This document shows, in pieces, positions 38,084 through 52,201 of a stretch of 64,000 nucleotides of DNA. Within the stretch, counting starts at the first letter, position 1. Every line of letters begins with the position of its first letter. Below the pieces are notes generated by a model. It worked only from the letters and a program-made list of their open reading frames with translations. It ran no database searches and was not told where the DNA came from. This DNA comes from Octopus sinensis (Eukaryota), in NCBI RefSeq assembly GCF_006345805.1, contig NC_043000.1, forward strand, positions 132,928,001 through 132,992,000, read 5' to 3'. Both the position numbers and the translations under genes were made by a program.

Positions 38084-38889
38084 TGTACTAATAATAGATT
38101 CATATTATGTACCCATCAAACAGAAACTGACTCGTGTTGACTAAAATATTTTAGGGAACTTTACTCTGGAGTGTTTGCCAGTGTTCCCTAACTATAAAAA
38201 AAATCTTCCTAAAATTTGTTACATTTCAAAATTTAGGTAAATTGAAGCATGGGAGCATTTAGGTTGGTGTGTTCTGCTTAGAAATACAACCATGTATTTA
38301 CAGTAAATTTGAACTTGGAACAAACAAGCTGGTAATAAAATATTTCATCCGTTCGATCATTTAAAATGAGTGGAATGTATGATAAAAAGAACACCTCTAA
38401 CAACAATGTTAGTATGAGTCAGAAAGTGAGCCTCTAGAGATCGTTTGATTTGTTGGAAGTAGCAGCCAAAACCCTCTCAGCTACCATTCTACCGTCTTAA
38501 AAAGAAAGACAAATTGGATCATGTTGCCTTGCATGCATCGTTTGAATAAGACAGGGTGGTCACGCTTTGAATGTCTTTGATCATAGGAGGAAGAGGAGGA
38601 GGGGGAAAGAAGAAGAAGAAGAGCAACAACAAAAACCACAACAACAACAATTTTACAACTTCTTAAGATATTTTAAAGTCTTGTGAACTTCATTTTACTA
38701 CAAGTCTCTGAAACATGAGGTTTCTCTTAAATTTCAATCAAAAAGAACAGGATTAATAGTTAAATTGATTTCTTAGAGAAAAGGTTCCATAAATTGAAAA
38801 TCATTGAACATTTTAAACAGAAATCCAGTTAACAGTATATGGAAATTGAAGGAAAATTATGAAAGCAAACCAATAACTCATGTGTGTGT

Positions 38890-39085
38890 ACCATATATAT
38901 ATATATATATATATAATATATATAATATATATATACACATACATATATATATGTATATATATGTGTGTGTGTATATATATATATATAACACACACACACA
39001 TACACATGTATATATATATATGTGTGTATATATATATATATATACACACACACACATACACTTATATATATACATATATTATACT

Positions 39086-39148
<63 letters not shown>

Positions 39149-39272
39149 TTAGATATATATACTTATATATATGTAATATATATATATATTATATACACAC
39201 ACATATGCATGTGTGTATAACATATATATATATATAATATATATATATATATATTATATATATATATATACA
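38890..39272. repeat. compound (TA)n/(CA)n/(TG)n array
   Basis: Directly visible. Confidence 0.95.
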
Positions 39273-40262
39273 GAATATGCTGTACACATGCTTTTTCATA
39301 TGTATTAAAAGAAATCTATAGTACAAAGTTAAATAGGCTAATCAATAGGTAAAGATAACATTTTGATAATGACTGTTGTATTAAATTATAGAGTATCAAA
39401 AAGAAAATTTTATGAAGAAATGAAGAACTTTTGCTGAAGAAGTAACTGGTGCATTTATTTTCATGTTCCCTCTCTCTCCTTCCTCTCTCTTTGTCCTTAC
39501 TCTATCTCTACCTCTCTTTCCCTCACTCTGTTATTCTCTCTCTCTCTCTCTCTCTCTCTCGAAATTGCTCTTCTTTTTCATGTTTCTCTCTGCAGATGGT
39601 AAATTGGCAGAAGCATTTAAGCATCAGCATCAAATGAAATGAATTGTGGTATTTTTTCCGGCATTTTTGCATTCTGTGTTCAAATCCTGTTGAGGTGAAC
39701 CGTGTCTTTAATCCTTTCTGGGGCTGATAAATAAAATATCAGTGTATGGCCGTGAACTGGGAAATATTGTTAAGAATACCAGATGATATGCCTTACAATA
39801 TTTGTTCCACCATTTGAATATTTGAGTTCCAATCTTGTTGTGGAATCTTGGCTGATAGACTTAATCTGTCATCAGTTTAACACCATCACCAGGTCCCTCC
39901 TTCGTTATAAGCATTTGGCTAAGATTCTGTTTAAAGGATACCTTCTCTCTCCTCTCTCTCTCTTCAGTCTTAGAGGCTCTGAAAGGAGCTGTAGATACTG
40001 ACCTTTCTAAGCGACAAAAAATGCGTGTATGTGTGTTTGTGTCTGTATGTGCTTGTACGTATGTTTTCTGTGTGTTTCTATGCATACAAAAGCATAAAAC
40101 ACAAACACCAATGTCAAAACAGAGTCAATGATACAGAAATGGGGGGGGGGGGTTAATGAAGTGTTTTGGTTTATTTTTGGTTCTATTTTTCCTAGTTTAC
40201 ACCAAAATATTGGATATATATTTGAGGGTACCACCTGGACACCTCATATCCATAATCTCTCT

Positions 40263-40277
40263 TCACACACACACACA

Positions 40278-40327
<50 letters not shown>

Positions 40328-40328
40328 A

Positions 40329-40360
<32 letters not shown>
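40263..40360. repeat. (CA)n
   Basis: Directly visible. Confidence 0.95.
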
Positions 40361-40363
<3 letters not shown>

Positions 40364-40717
40364 CAGCTCAATAATATGTTTTTATGGCTGTGTTTGTGAA
40401 CTGGAACTATGGATTTCAGATAGTGTCAAAATTGGAATAGCCGGAAATTCTATATTTCGATGTACATTCTGAATATTTATGACATCTATTTTTCAATAAG
40501 GGTATCTTTAAAAATAGCTGAACATAGGAATTACTATAAGGACAAAAAACAAAAAAAAATCAAGCAGCCAAATCAATTCTATAGAACAAAAAGTCCATCA
40601 TATGCACAATTCTGAGTTTGTAGCCAATCTACACAACATTTTGCTGGCTCTGAGAAAGGTCAACAAGCAAGTGTTGTGATATTGAGGTCTTCTCTTGAAA
40701 AGGAAAATATCTAAAAA

Positions 40718-40790
40718 TACACCTTCTCCTCGACTTACAACCAAGTTCCGTTCTGACTGACAGATCGTAAGTCAATCTGGTTGTATGTTA
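40718..40790 (+). mobile_element. Tigger/pogo-like terminal fragment
   Basis: TA followed by ..cctcgacttacaacc..gatcgtaagtc, resembling Tigger-type TIR and subterminal motifs. Confidence 0.3.
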
Positions 40791-40972
40791 GATTCATATT
40801 TTTCAGCACTATTTTCATTCAAATGTATTATAAAAATATAAAACAAAAATTTATCCATAATTGGTACATAATGTGAGAAATACATATGTACTGTAAAAAA
40901 TGGTTCGTCCTTCATATTAGAAATCTATATGGTCGTCGCCTGCACCTGAGGAGAGCATTTTCTTTCAAATTG

Positions 40973-41300
40973 ATGGCTCAGTGGTTAGAGTGTCAAGCTT
41001 ACGATCGTGAGGTTGTGAGCTTGAATCCCGGACCGGGCTGCGTGTTGTGTTCTTGAGCAAGACACTTTATTTCACGTTGCTCCAGTTCACTCAGCTGTAG
41101 AAATGAGTTGCGACGTCACGAGTGCCAAGCTGTATCGGCCTTTGCCTTTCCCTTGGATAACACTGGTGGCGTGGAGAGGGGAGGCCGGTATGCATGGGCG
41201 ACTGCTGGTCTTCCATAAACAACCATGCCCAGACTTGTGACTAGGAGGGTAACTTTCTAGGTGCAATCCCATGGTCAGTGTCGTGACCAAAGGGGGTCCT
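40973..41300 (+). mobile_element. SINE family E
   Basis: Near-identical to 14651-14983. Confidence 0.88.
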
Positions 41301-42384
41301 GGATCCCGGATATGTATGTGTGTTTATATATGAATGTTTATGTATATATGCATATATAAAATTGTATTAACAATTTGAATCAGATTCACACAATGTAAAG
41401 GTTTCACAGAAGAGAAAGAAACACATTTGATCACATAGATACCTGGATGCTTGCTTCTGAATATGCATATATGTTTTTGCTGAATAACTGAGATATGGAG
41501 ACATAAATCAAAGAGTGGAGAGATAAACATAAACATATGCATGTATACACACACACACACTTACATTATATGTATGATGGATTTCCACAATTTCCACTTG
41601 CAAAATTCATTCACAAGATACCTGTAAGCTCAGTAGTACTGTGGTGTATGCGGGAGATTTGAAGTAAAGACACCTGCCTTCGCTTCATCGACGCAGACCT
41701 CCCCGGCAGTAACACACCCTTCCATGTGGCCCAACCCGAATGCTAAAAATAGCAGCTGCTTTTCCCTTACCTTGTCAAAGCGCTCACACGTCCAGCCCTG
41801 TCGGCTATCCCCTACGCCCTTCCTCTTCCGGTCAGCCCCAAGTTCTGGTCAGCTCCCCAACAGCTGACATCATCCCACAACTACAACAGAAGATACTCAC
41901 TCAAGGCAATATGCAATGGGACTAAAGCTGAAACCACATGAGTATGAACTTCTTAATAACACAGCCACGAGTAAATTCGATTAAAAAAGAATTGCTTACC
42001 CACTTTTCTAATGTTCAGTACATATTTTTCAAGCTTGTTACTAATATACACATACACATATTCACATATGTACAAGATGGTTGACAGGGTCTCGCAAGCC
42101 ACAGGGCTGTACTGAGCTCCAGTGTCAGCATTGGCATGTTTTCTATGGCTGGATGCCTTTCCTAATGCCAAATACTTTACAGTGTGTACTGGGGTGCTTC
42201 CCTTTTTTTCATACCATCTGTACTAGTTTCTGTCTTGTAACCTACTTTTCGTACTTACATGTGCTAGTGATATGAAAAAAAGCACCCAGTACACATCATA
42301 GGGTAGTTGGCATTAGGAAGGACATCCAGCTATAGAAAACATGTCAAACCATCCAACCCATGCCAGTATGCAAAACAGAGATGG

Positions 42385-42505
42385 ATGATGATGGTGGTGT
42401 TGTCAATGGTGGTGGTGGTGGTGGCAATGGTGGTGGTGGTGGTGGTGGCAATGGTGGTGGTGGTGGTGGTGGCAATGGTGGTGGTGGTGGTGCTATGGCA
42501 GTGAT
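42385..42505. repeat. (GGT)n with GGCAAT interruptions (~21-bp period)
   Basis: Directly visible. Confidence 0.9.
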
Positions 42506-42554
42506 GATGAAAATGATAAAAGACACACATTTAACATGAAGATAGACCAATATA

Positions 42555-42715
42555 ACCAAAATTTATTTGTTAATACTCTTAAGATCCATGCAGGAAATAT
42601 CCACAAATTTCAGAAACAGTTAGATTCAACAACAACATTTCCAGCTGATATAGGGATGGAATCTGGCCAAAAGAAATGTTTATACTTGGTAGTAGAATGT
42701 GGCAAAAATTACTTT
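42555..42715 (+). mobile_element. decayed non-LTR RT fragment (R2/R4-type)
   Basis: NLFVNTLKIHA..FPADIGMESGQKKC..VVECGK resembles HLLxMDDLKLY..FSxDIGMEFGxxKC..xxRGK. Confidence 0.5.
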
Positions 42716-44502
42716 CAAAGCCAAAAATATTCACACTAATGGCCTTTCTCCTCTCCTTCTATACACCACATGCTACAATTATTAAAAAGATGCCGTGAAA
42801 TAAAGTAGAGTGACCAACATTATTATTATAACATGATAAGGCAGTGAACTGGTAGATCTGCTAACATGCCAGATAACACGCTTTGTGATACTTTGTTTGT
42901 TCTGAGTTCAAATTCCACTGAGGTCAACTTTGCTTTTCGTCCTTTCAGGGTCGATAAAATAAGTACCTGTCAAGTACCAGGGTTGATGTAATTAACTTTT
43001 CCCTACCCTCAAAAACTGCTAGCCCTGTGCAAAAATTTGAAACCATTATACTAGACTTGAAAAATTATATTCATCCAAGTCATCCCAGAATTCAGCTACA
43101 GTATGAAATTCTGTTACCATCAGCATTTGGGACACTAGATTAGATATGTAAAGAAAATTCATTCCAGTGATCTTTTTTTCTACCCTAGGCACAAGACCAG
43201 GAATTTTTGGAGAGGGGGCCAATCAATAAAATCGATCCCAGAATGCAACTATTATTCAATTTATCAACCCTGAAAGGATGAAAGGCAAAGTCGGCCTCGG
43301 CAGAATTTGAACTCAGAATGTAAAGACAGACGAAATACTGCAAAGCATTTTGCCTGGCATGCTAACATTCCTACCAGCTCACCACCTTTCATTCCAGTTA
43401 TATTAAAGTCCTGGAATATTTGTACATAAACTGGAAGCTTCCACAGAAATAGAGACACCAACAGAAAACAGCTCTCAAAAAAAAAAAAAAAATAGAGTAA
43501 ATGGTTTAAGATCACTCCTTTAGTTTTGATCAAACTGGAACAGTCAAGAACTGAGCTTCAATGTGGCTGCTCAGCCTACTAAAGGTTTCTCAGAGGCCAA
43601 TCACTGATTCATTGAAAAAGAATGGTACCATTTTTTTCAGTTTCTCTCTAATGTTTATATTCTTCCTTGATGTATATCACCAAAACAAACTCTCTCACAC
43701 ACACACACATTCACTCACATGGCTGACCTTCACACAGTTTCTGTCTAATAAATTTCACACACAAGATATCAGCAACCTAAATCTATAGCAGAAGACATTT
43801 GCACAAGGTGCCAGTCATTCAGTGGTATGGAATGTGAACGTAAACTTCTTAGCCAGATAGTCATATCATACATATAACTGAGAATAAACTTATGTCATGG
43901 CCAGAGCTAGATCAGAACCAGAAAGTTGTTTAGCATCCACTTTTCAATGCTTGCATGGGTCAGACCAAATTTGTTGAAGCAGATTTTCTACAGCTGGAGG
44001 CCCTTTCCATCACTAACTCTCACCTGTTTCCAAGCAAGATAATATCTCCCCATGATCAAATATGTTCTTCACTAAAGATTGGAAATGAATACCATTGCTT
44101 GTATGATATTAATGCTCACTTACAATCATCACGTGATGTCAAGTCAAGGCTACACACAATCACACACAATCACACATACATGATGGACTTGGGCTTCTTT
44201 TAGTTTCCATGTATCAAATTCACTCACAAGGTTTAGATCAGCCCTGGCCTATAGTAGAAGACACTTGTCCAAGGTACCACATAATGCAGTTGAATCCAGG
44301 GAATAGGATGAGGAAGCTAGCTTCTTAACCACACCACAATATCTATGCCTAAATTAAATTATAATTAGTAATTAATGAAATATAATGCAAGTATTGAGTA
44401 TTGGCAAAACAACAATCATCCCCCTTTTAATTGCTTTAATATGTTATTTCAGAACTGAAGTAACATATTGAATTAGATTGATACTTAAGCATGTGCTCAC
44501 AT

Positions 44503-44547
<45 letters not shown>

Positions 44548-44551
<4 letters not shown>

Positions 44552-44632
44552 AGAATTCACAAAAAAACAAAAGACGAAGACAGGTGGTGTAGTCAACAAA
44601 CAGATGTATTAGTATAATGCTCGGGAAGTGAG
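44548..44632 (-). mobile_element. truncated Penelope-like terminal fragment between (TA)n tracts
   Basis: aaaacaaaagacgaagacagg..aacaaacagatgt..atgctcgggaag is similar to 6122-6195. Confidence 0.45.
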
Positions 44633-46157
44633 TGTTATTATATATATATATATATAGTTATTTAAAAGAGTGCTTTATTGATTATAATATGAAGTATAAG
44701 TATTTTGAGATCAAGTGATGCTTTTTTTATGATTTTAAGATTTTAAAACTCATGATCGCCCATCTCATGGAAATATGAAAAATATATTCTAAATACAAAT
44801 TAGGAAGCATGGAAAAAAAAAAGAGATTCAAACATGAATTATTTTTCATTTATTATATATTCTGCCAGAAGCAATTTATTCAATTTTTAAAAAACTTTTT
44901 TGTATAGTAGTATTAGTAGTATTATTATTACTCCCAGAATCAGGAAGCCATTTCAAAAAAAAAAAAAATGTTAAAAATCTATAAAATCGTATTAATTGAA
45001 AATTGCTTGAGAAGTAATTTAAAAAATGTAAGCACACTGTCAAAAATACTTATGATACCTTGGAAATTCTATATTTATAAATCATGTTAAATAAAATAAG
45101 TTATATATCTAGATGAAGTCAAAGGTTTACAAACAAAATACTGTTAAATTGTTATCAATATCTTAAATGCAGAGGAAAAAAAAAATAATAATTCAAGTTC
45201 TCTCATGAGTGAATTACAAATTTCGAATAACAAAAATAAATTCTAGGTTGGACTTGATGTTTTTTTGATTCATCTTCTGTCAATACTATGCCAATGTATT
45301 TAATATTTGAATATTGATTTTTGTAAAACTATAGGCACAATGCCTCAGATTTATCAGGGGAAATTAGATTATGTGGCATTCTTGCCTTTCTTAAGAGCAT
45401 AAATGACAATGGCTCAGTCAAGAATCAAAACCTAACTGCACATGTGGCATGTCTAGAGGAGCTTATCTTTTCAATACATTGCATGTCACAATACAACATG
45501 AATAAGAGAGAGACACACACACACACTATATCATACAACATATATTATAATTTCATCAACTGCATAGTAAAATAATATTCTTGAAACCATATTTTTCTTC
45601 TGGGAATTCTTAAAGTGCCAGCTACATTATAATAGACTGAATAAATGAAGTTACTTTATATAGGCCAACACAAATGTGGCTGTTAAATTCATTTAAATAT
45701 CCTACACAGACAACATCCTAACAGCAAACAACCAAGTGAAATCTTTTTATCTTTCAGTCAGAATTTGAGCTGAAACAAATGAAGCCATTTATATGAAAGA
45801 TAGTTTTATAAATTCTCACTAAATTAATATTCATTGTAATTAATATTTATTGTAAAATTGAGTCAGATTTATCCACACAGACTAATAGACATGTTATGTT
45901 CACTTGACAATTTATTGCAACGTCAAGTAGTAAAATATATCCTGAACGAACAGTGTCATGCATTTTATTCTTCTAAATGATGAAAATATAATTCTGCCAA
46001 TACTGCTGTCATTGTCATCATCATCATCATCATCACCATCACCACCACTGTTTTTATGTTTGCTTTTCCCATGCTGCTATGGGTTGGCTGAGGCTTTTTT
46101 TGAGGAAGTATTCAGCAGCCAGATGAAGCTCTTCAAAATGCTAATCCTTACTTGTAA

Positions 46158-46664
46158 GGATTACCATTTTCAGCGTACATGTTGAAGGCTGCTGGTGACA
46201 GGATGCAACCTTGCCGAGTGCCTTTTCCAATCCCAATAGCAACATATGGATGCGAGACCTGGACACTAAAGAAAGCTGACCAGAAGAGAATTAATGCATT
46301 CGAGCTTTGGTGTTGGAGAAGACTTTAACAGATTCCATGGACAGTGAGGCTCACCAATGGAGAAGTTCTTAACCAGATCAAGCTGAAACTGTTGCTAGAA
46401 GCTAGGATCACCAAGCATAGATTGACATATTTTGGTCATATTATGCGGAGAAAATCCCTGGAGAAGGACATCATGCACGGAATGGTCAGTGGCAAGAGAG
46501 GAAGAAGCCGACCAAGAACCCGCTGGCTTGACACCATCAAGAGTGACACGGGAATGGACATAGACAATCTGAAAGAAGCGACCCGGGATAGAACTGGCTG
46601 GAGGATACTGATCCATCGAGTAACCAAGAGTCAACTTTGACTGAGCGGATAGATAGATAGATAG
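46158..46664 (+). mobile_element. RTE (BovB-like) LINE 3' end with a short 5' inversion
   Basis: PIATYGCETWTLKKAD..FELWCWRR..YFGHIMR..GKRGRSRPRTRWLDTI..DRTGWR with a (GATA)n tail. Inverted TRQGCILSPAAFNMYAE at ~46168-46220. TSD ACTTGTAA at 46150-46157 and 46665-46672. Confidence 0.9.
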
Positions 46665-47084
46665 ACTTGTAAATCAACTAAGGTTTCTTATACCATGTCT
46701 TCACATACAAAACTACTGAGCTACAGGACATGTTGTTTACGTCAGACATAAACAAATATTACAGCAGTCCAAATGGTCTCTAGTTGAACACACACACACA
46801 CACACACATACATGGCATGCTTCCGTACAGTTTCCGTTTTCCAAATTTTATTCACAAGGCTTTGGATAACCCAAAGCCCTAGCAGAAAATACTTGGACAA
46901 GATATCATACAATGGAATCAAACCCAAAGCCACATCGACAAAATAAATTTATCTACAGGTCCATGTGCTTGCAACACACATGCATGCATGCATGTCCGCG
47001 CACACACACACATATAGTGAACTATATCATTGTTTTGCATGTAACTTTAATGTTCATTCAAGTACAAGTTTATTCCATTGCCCA

Positions 47085-48880
47085 ACGAAATCAAAAGTAT
47101 ACATCAAAAGACACAACCTCTTCCCAATCTTTTCCTGTCATCAACTAACATCATGTTTCCCAGTTTCATCCTCCTTGTCCATTCCTTGATGTTGCTTAAG
47201 CACCCACTTCATAATCTTTTTATACTTCTTTTCCTGGGGACTTTGTCTGTGCCTGACTTTATTCACTAGAAGCAAGATATCATTGCATGGCTATACCACT
47301 TTCTTTTCTGCCTTTTAGCAATTTGGCATAAGAGTTTCATGGACTGCAGTCTTCTTTCTCTCTTAATGAGAGCATTAAAGAATTTTTAAGAAGGACGTTT
47401 ATTACTTACTATATGATTAACATTTGTCTGTTTTACTTTGTTTTGTTATCATGAGAGATCAGTAATAAACATGAAGATATCTCATATCATTTAATGGATT
47501 CTTGAATTTTTATCAAAGGCTTCACCTTCATGTCAAAAAGAAGACAGATTAACAAAAGCCATCCCTTGGAAAAAGTAAGAAAAATTTTTAAAAACTTCAA
47601 CAAAGGATTAAACTTGTTTGTACAGCAGATGTAGCTTTCTACGCCCACAACTCTATGGCAATTATGGAGAAGACCTGATTTCTTTTATTAACCAATATAC
47701 TTCCTCCTTCTCAGTTTAGGCTTTTCTTTATGGTGCATGTCACATCAAGTCCCTTTATACTGGTGTAACTTTTATTCAAATGCTTTATTGAGCTTGATAA
47801 TCTTTGTAGTTCCCATCTCCTCCCCAGAATACAGGTATCATTGGCTTTCAAGAAGCTCACCTTCTTTTGGCAGGTTTTATCTTTTAATCTTGCTGAATGT
47901 CAAGTAGGGGCCAGTATAGATCACTTGAATAGGAGCTGGTAGTACACAATTACACGGTTACCATAATAGACTTCTATCATCTTGTCATGTACAATATTGC
48001 ATATCTGCTTAATAATTCTTTCATCACTATGTCAGCAGGTATGATGAAGTCTGTGCTTTGTTGAGGAGGTCTAATAAGACCAAAATATGTCTGATGTTAT
48101 CTCCATTATTTGCAAAATGATTACAAGAATATTTGCTATTGAGCATAAGGTGGTGGATGATGGTAAACATATTTTATCTGTCACTTAAACATGGACCATA
48201 ATTATGGGGTCATGCCAATCTTGTTTTCTTCAACAGCAAACTGATGCAATTACTGTACACATCAAGAAAACATTATTGTGTCATTCCTACTCTAAATATG
48301 CAACCTGAACTATCATAGTCACTACAAATGTCAAGGCACTCTATCACTGACAACCTCTCTTAGTAAACGCACATCCTCAAAATAGCAAATACTGCATCAC
48401 ATATACTGGTCTTCTTTCTTGAGAGTCAGAAAATACTTTAACCTTAAACAACCATTAACACTCTGCAAAGCTTAAGTGACACCTACCTCCAGGGGTAGTG
48501 ATGCTATACACACATATACAAACACAGAGGCATCCTAGACCACAACCAAAGAAAGATCACCCAATTATTAGACATGAAGTCATTTGCCAACACATTCCAA
48601 TCTCAGGTCCATAAAAGTCAGCCTTTTCTATCAGCTTTTTCTACCACTATTACACTGGCCTATTGTTCCTTGGAGCAGTCCAGTACTGTTCTATCCATGT
48701 CCTATCAAACACTCATCTCTCTCTATTCTCCTTTCCTCATAACTCATATTGTGTCCACTTCCTTCCTCACCATTACACCTAATCTTTTCTCCCCAAAATG
48801 TTACCTTCTTGAATTCCTTCTCTCTATATTTCTTGTGCAGCTAACAATTGGCAACAGTCTAAGTTAAACACATAAAACTC
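47085..48880 (-). mobile_element. highly decayed LINE-like remnants (probably RTE group)
   Basis: Fragments such as KRKWYSHAM..NIKEWT on the minus strand. Purine-rich coding-like composition with many stops. Confidence 0.3.
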
Positions 48881-48961
48881 ACTAAACTTTGAGGCCTGCA
48901 AAGGCTATGAATACAACCACTAGCTCCTGATCAAACCAATTAAAAATAAAAAAACAATATA

Positions 48962-49351
48962 GGCGCAGGAGTGGCTGTGTGGTAAGTAGCTTGCTTACCA
49001 ACCACATGGTTCCAGGTTCATTCCCACTGCGTGGCACCTTGGGCAAGTGTCTTCTACTATAGCCTCAGGCCGACCAAAGCCTTGTGAGTGGATTTGGTAG
49101 AGGAAACTGAAAGAAACCCATCATATATATGTATATATATATATATATATGTATGTGTATATGTTTGTCCTCCAACATCGCTTGATAACTGATGGCGGTG
49201 TGTTTATGTCCCCGTAACTGAGCGGTTCAGCAAAAGAGACCAATAGAATAAATACTAGGCTTCCAAAGAATAAGTCCTGGGGTCGATTTGCTTGACTATA
49301 GGTGGTGCTCCAGCATGGCTGCAGTCAAATGCCTGAAACAAGTAAAAGAGT
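48962..49351 (+). mobile_element. SINE-C, full copy
   Basis: Same head, body and tail as 6560-6970. Confidence 0.9.
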
Positions 49352-50207
49352 ACCCAAAAGAACATGCAACGATTTTTCCAAAGCCAAAAGTACTTCATGA
49401 CTACTAGAAAGCATTCTGCTGACGGTTAGTTTCCATTAATCATATATTCTATGTTTTGCAATAATCTGCTGCTATGCAATGTTCAGTTCTGAACAGTTTG
49501 TTATAGAATTTATTGACTGATCATGTTTGTGGATCCCTCCATTTTAGAGTTGCAAGAAAATATTCTTAGTATCATCAAGGCCAAAGAATAACTGGAAAGA
49601 AAAGTCTTGCAAAATATATAAATAAATAAGAAATAAAAAGAAAAAAGAAATGATGATGATGATGATGATGATGATGATAAACAAGGCAGGTATAAAATGA
49701 GATATGAGACTCTCAACTATTGAACCATTATAGAAGTATGTTACATTATCTACCCTAGAGGATGATATATAGTTGCTTCTGATATAAGTTAGTCTACAGG
49801 GAAGATAATGTTAAAAAGGCCTTGTTCAAGAATATAACACATCAACTGCAGTGATTTATACACCCATAATTTGTTTGTTACATTTTATCCTTGTACAGCA
49901 TATAAATAAAGATCTATACCATGATAATTATATATTTCCCAGTATCTGAAGTCATCCTAACAACAGGGCATTGAAGCAACTACATTAAAATAATTGTCAT
50001 ACACAAATTTATGGTGCTATGAACCTATGGAAAGCTTTTTATTGTATCTATCTTATGCTTAGCAGGAGAGCTGGTAACATCATTTAACTGAATAGAAGAT
50101 GGTTTTAGGGATTACATGGAACTTTAAACATGGAGTTTTAAAATATTTGACTGAATAGAAATTTACCCCTCATCTTAGTATGAGAAAATTTTGCATTATA
50201 TAAAATT

Positions 50208-50602
50208 GTAGCAGTATCGCCCGGCATTGCTCGGGTTTGTTTCGACCCTTTAGAATTGGAATTTTTGAAAAGTAAAAATTTTGCATTAAGTAGCTTGTTA
50301 TTCTCTTTAAGTGAACATTTTTCTGGTTGAATTACACCGAAAAATGGTGACACAGCAGTAAAAAAATCGTAAAAAATAGGGATTTTCATAGAAAAAAAAA
50401 AGCAACTTTTTGATGTAAATAATTTTTGGTGTTAACATGGTCCAATTTGAATTTTTTCTTCTTCGGAAAGAAGAGCAAGCCTTCTTCTATCATACTTCCA
50501 ATTTTGGTCAACTTGTGCTGCAGGGTCTTGGAGGAGATAGTATTAGTTGAAAGCTACCAAACCTGCCATACACAGACAACTTCAGCTTTATATATAGAGA
50601 GA
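50208..50602 (-). mobile_element. Helitron-like non-autonomous element (same family as 62265-63041)
   Basis: Reverse complement starts A|TCTCTCTATATATAAAGCTGAAG and ends cccgagcaatgccggg-cgatactgCTAC. Confidence 0.8.
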
Positions 50603-50714
50603 TTTCTGCTTCCATGAGCAACAGAAGCCTCTAAAAATCAGATAAGCGGATGAGAGCTAAATCACACACTCCATTGCATAACTCACCAGCTTATCTTTTA
50701 TGTTTTACTTGTTC

Positions 50715-52201
50715 CAGTCTTTTGGACTGTGACCATGCTAGAGTTCCATCTTGAAGGGTTTCAATTAAGCAAATAGAACCCCAGTACTCATTCTTTTAAG
50801 ACTGATACTTATTCTACCAGTCTTCTTTGCAGAACTGCTAAGTTACAGGGATGTAAACACTTCAACACTGGTTGCTGAGCAGTGATAGGGAACAGGCACA
50901 CACACACACATACACATCATCATCATCATTTAATGTCCATTCTCCATGCTGGCATGGGTTGGACAGTTTAACAGGAGCTGGCCAGCTGGAGAGTTGCCCA
51001 GGATCCATTTATTTGTTTTGGCATGGTTTCTATAGCCGGATGCCCTTCCTAATGCCAACCACTTTACAGAGTGCACTGGGTGCTTTTAACATGGCATTGG
51101 CATGGGTACTTTTATATTGGTACACTCACACAGGCACTTTTACATGGCACCAGCACTCACGAACCTGCATGACTAGGGTAACAGGCTTCTTTTAGGTTCC
51201 ATCAACCAAATCCACTCATAAGACTTTGGTCAACCAAGGCTATAGTAAAAGACACTTGTCCAAGGTGTCACAGAGTGGGACTCTCTTACTCTTTACTCTT
51301 TTACTTGTTTCAGTCATTTGACTGCGGCCATGCTGGAGCACCACCTTCAGTCGAGCAAATCGACCCCGGGACTATTTCTTTGTAAGCCCAGTACTTATTC
51401 TATCGGTCTCTTTTGCCGAACTGCTAAGTGACGGAGACGTAAACACACCAGCATCGGTTGTCAAGCAATGCTAGGGGGACAAACACAGACACACACATAT
51501 ATATATATATACATATATATGACAGGCTTCTTTCAGTTTCCATCTACCAAATCCACTCACAAGGCATTGGTCGGCCCGAGGCTATAGCAGAAGACACTTG
51601 CCCAAGATGCCACGCAGTGGGACTGAACCCAGAACCATGTTGTTGGTTAGCAAGCTACTTACCACACAGCCACCCCTGAACCCAGAGCCATGTGGTTGGG
51701 AGGCTTATCTCAGGTAACATTTCGAAAAGATATCCCAAAGTTAAGTGAGGATCATGCCCAGTGACATGACTAAAGGCTTGCAGAAGATATGAATTCCCAA
51801 CCTATTAACCCTACAATGCCTTCTGTTAATAATTCTTGATGCTTTAAATACTAATATCTTATGAGGGGAAAAACCTCAACAAAATTGAAAGCTAGAAGGA
51901 GTTTTAAGCATATCTATGTTAAAAACAACATTCGCCTGGCCCCTGTGCCGGTGACACGTAAAAGCACCGTCCGTTTGTGGCCGTTTGCCAGCTCTGTCTG
52001 GCACCTGTGCAGGTGGCACGTAAAAAAGCACCCACTACACTCACGGAGTGGTTGGCGTTAGGAAGGGCATCCAGCCGTAGAAACACTGCCAGATCTGACT
52101 GGGCCTGATGAAACCTTCCAGCTTCACAGACCCCAGTTGAACCGTCCAACCCATGCTAGCATGGAAAACGGATGCTAAATGATGATGATGATGATGATGA
52201 T
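50715..52201. mobile_element. cluster of SINE-C (minus, nested) and SINE-D (50915-51180 minus, 51925-52201 plus)
   Basis: Family motifs as above. A young C copy at 51283-51678 interrupts an older C copy. Confidence 0.85.

Noticed and set aside
41205-41275. HDV-like ribozyme fold in the SINE-E tail
   Set aside because: P1- and P3-like pairings can be drawn, but no P2 partner is present.
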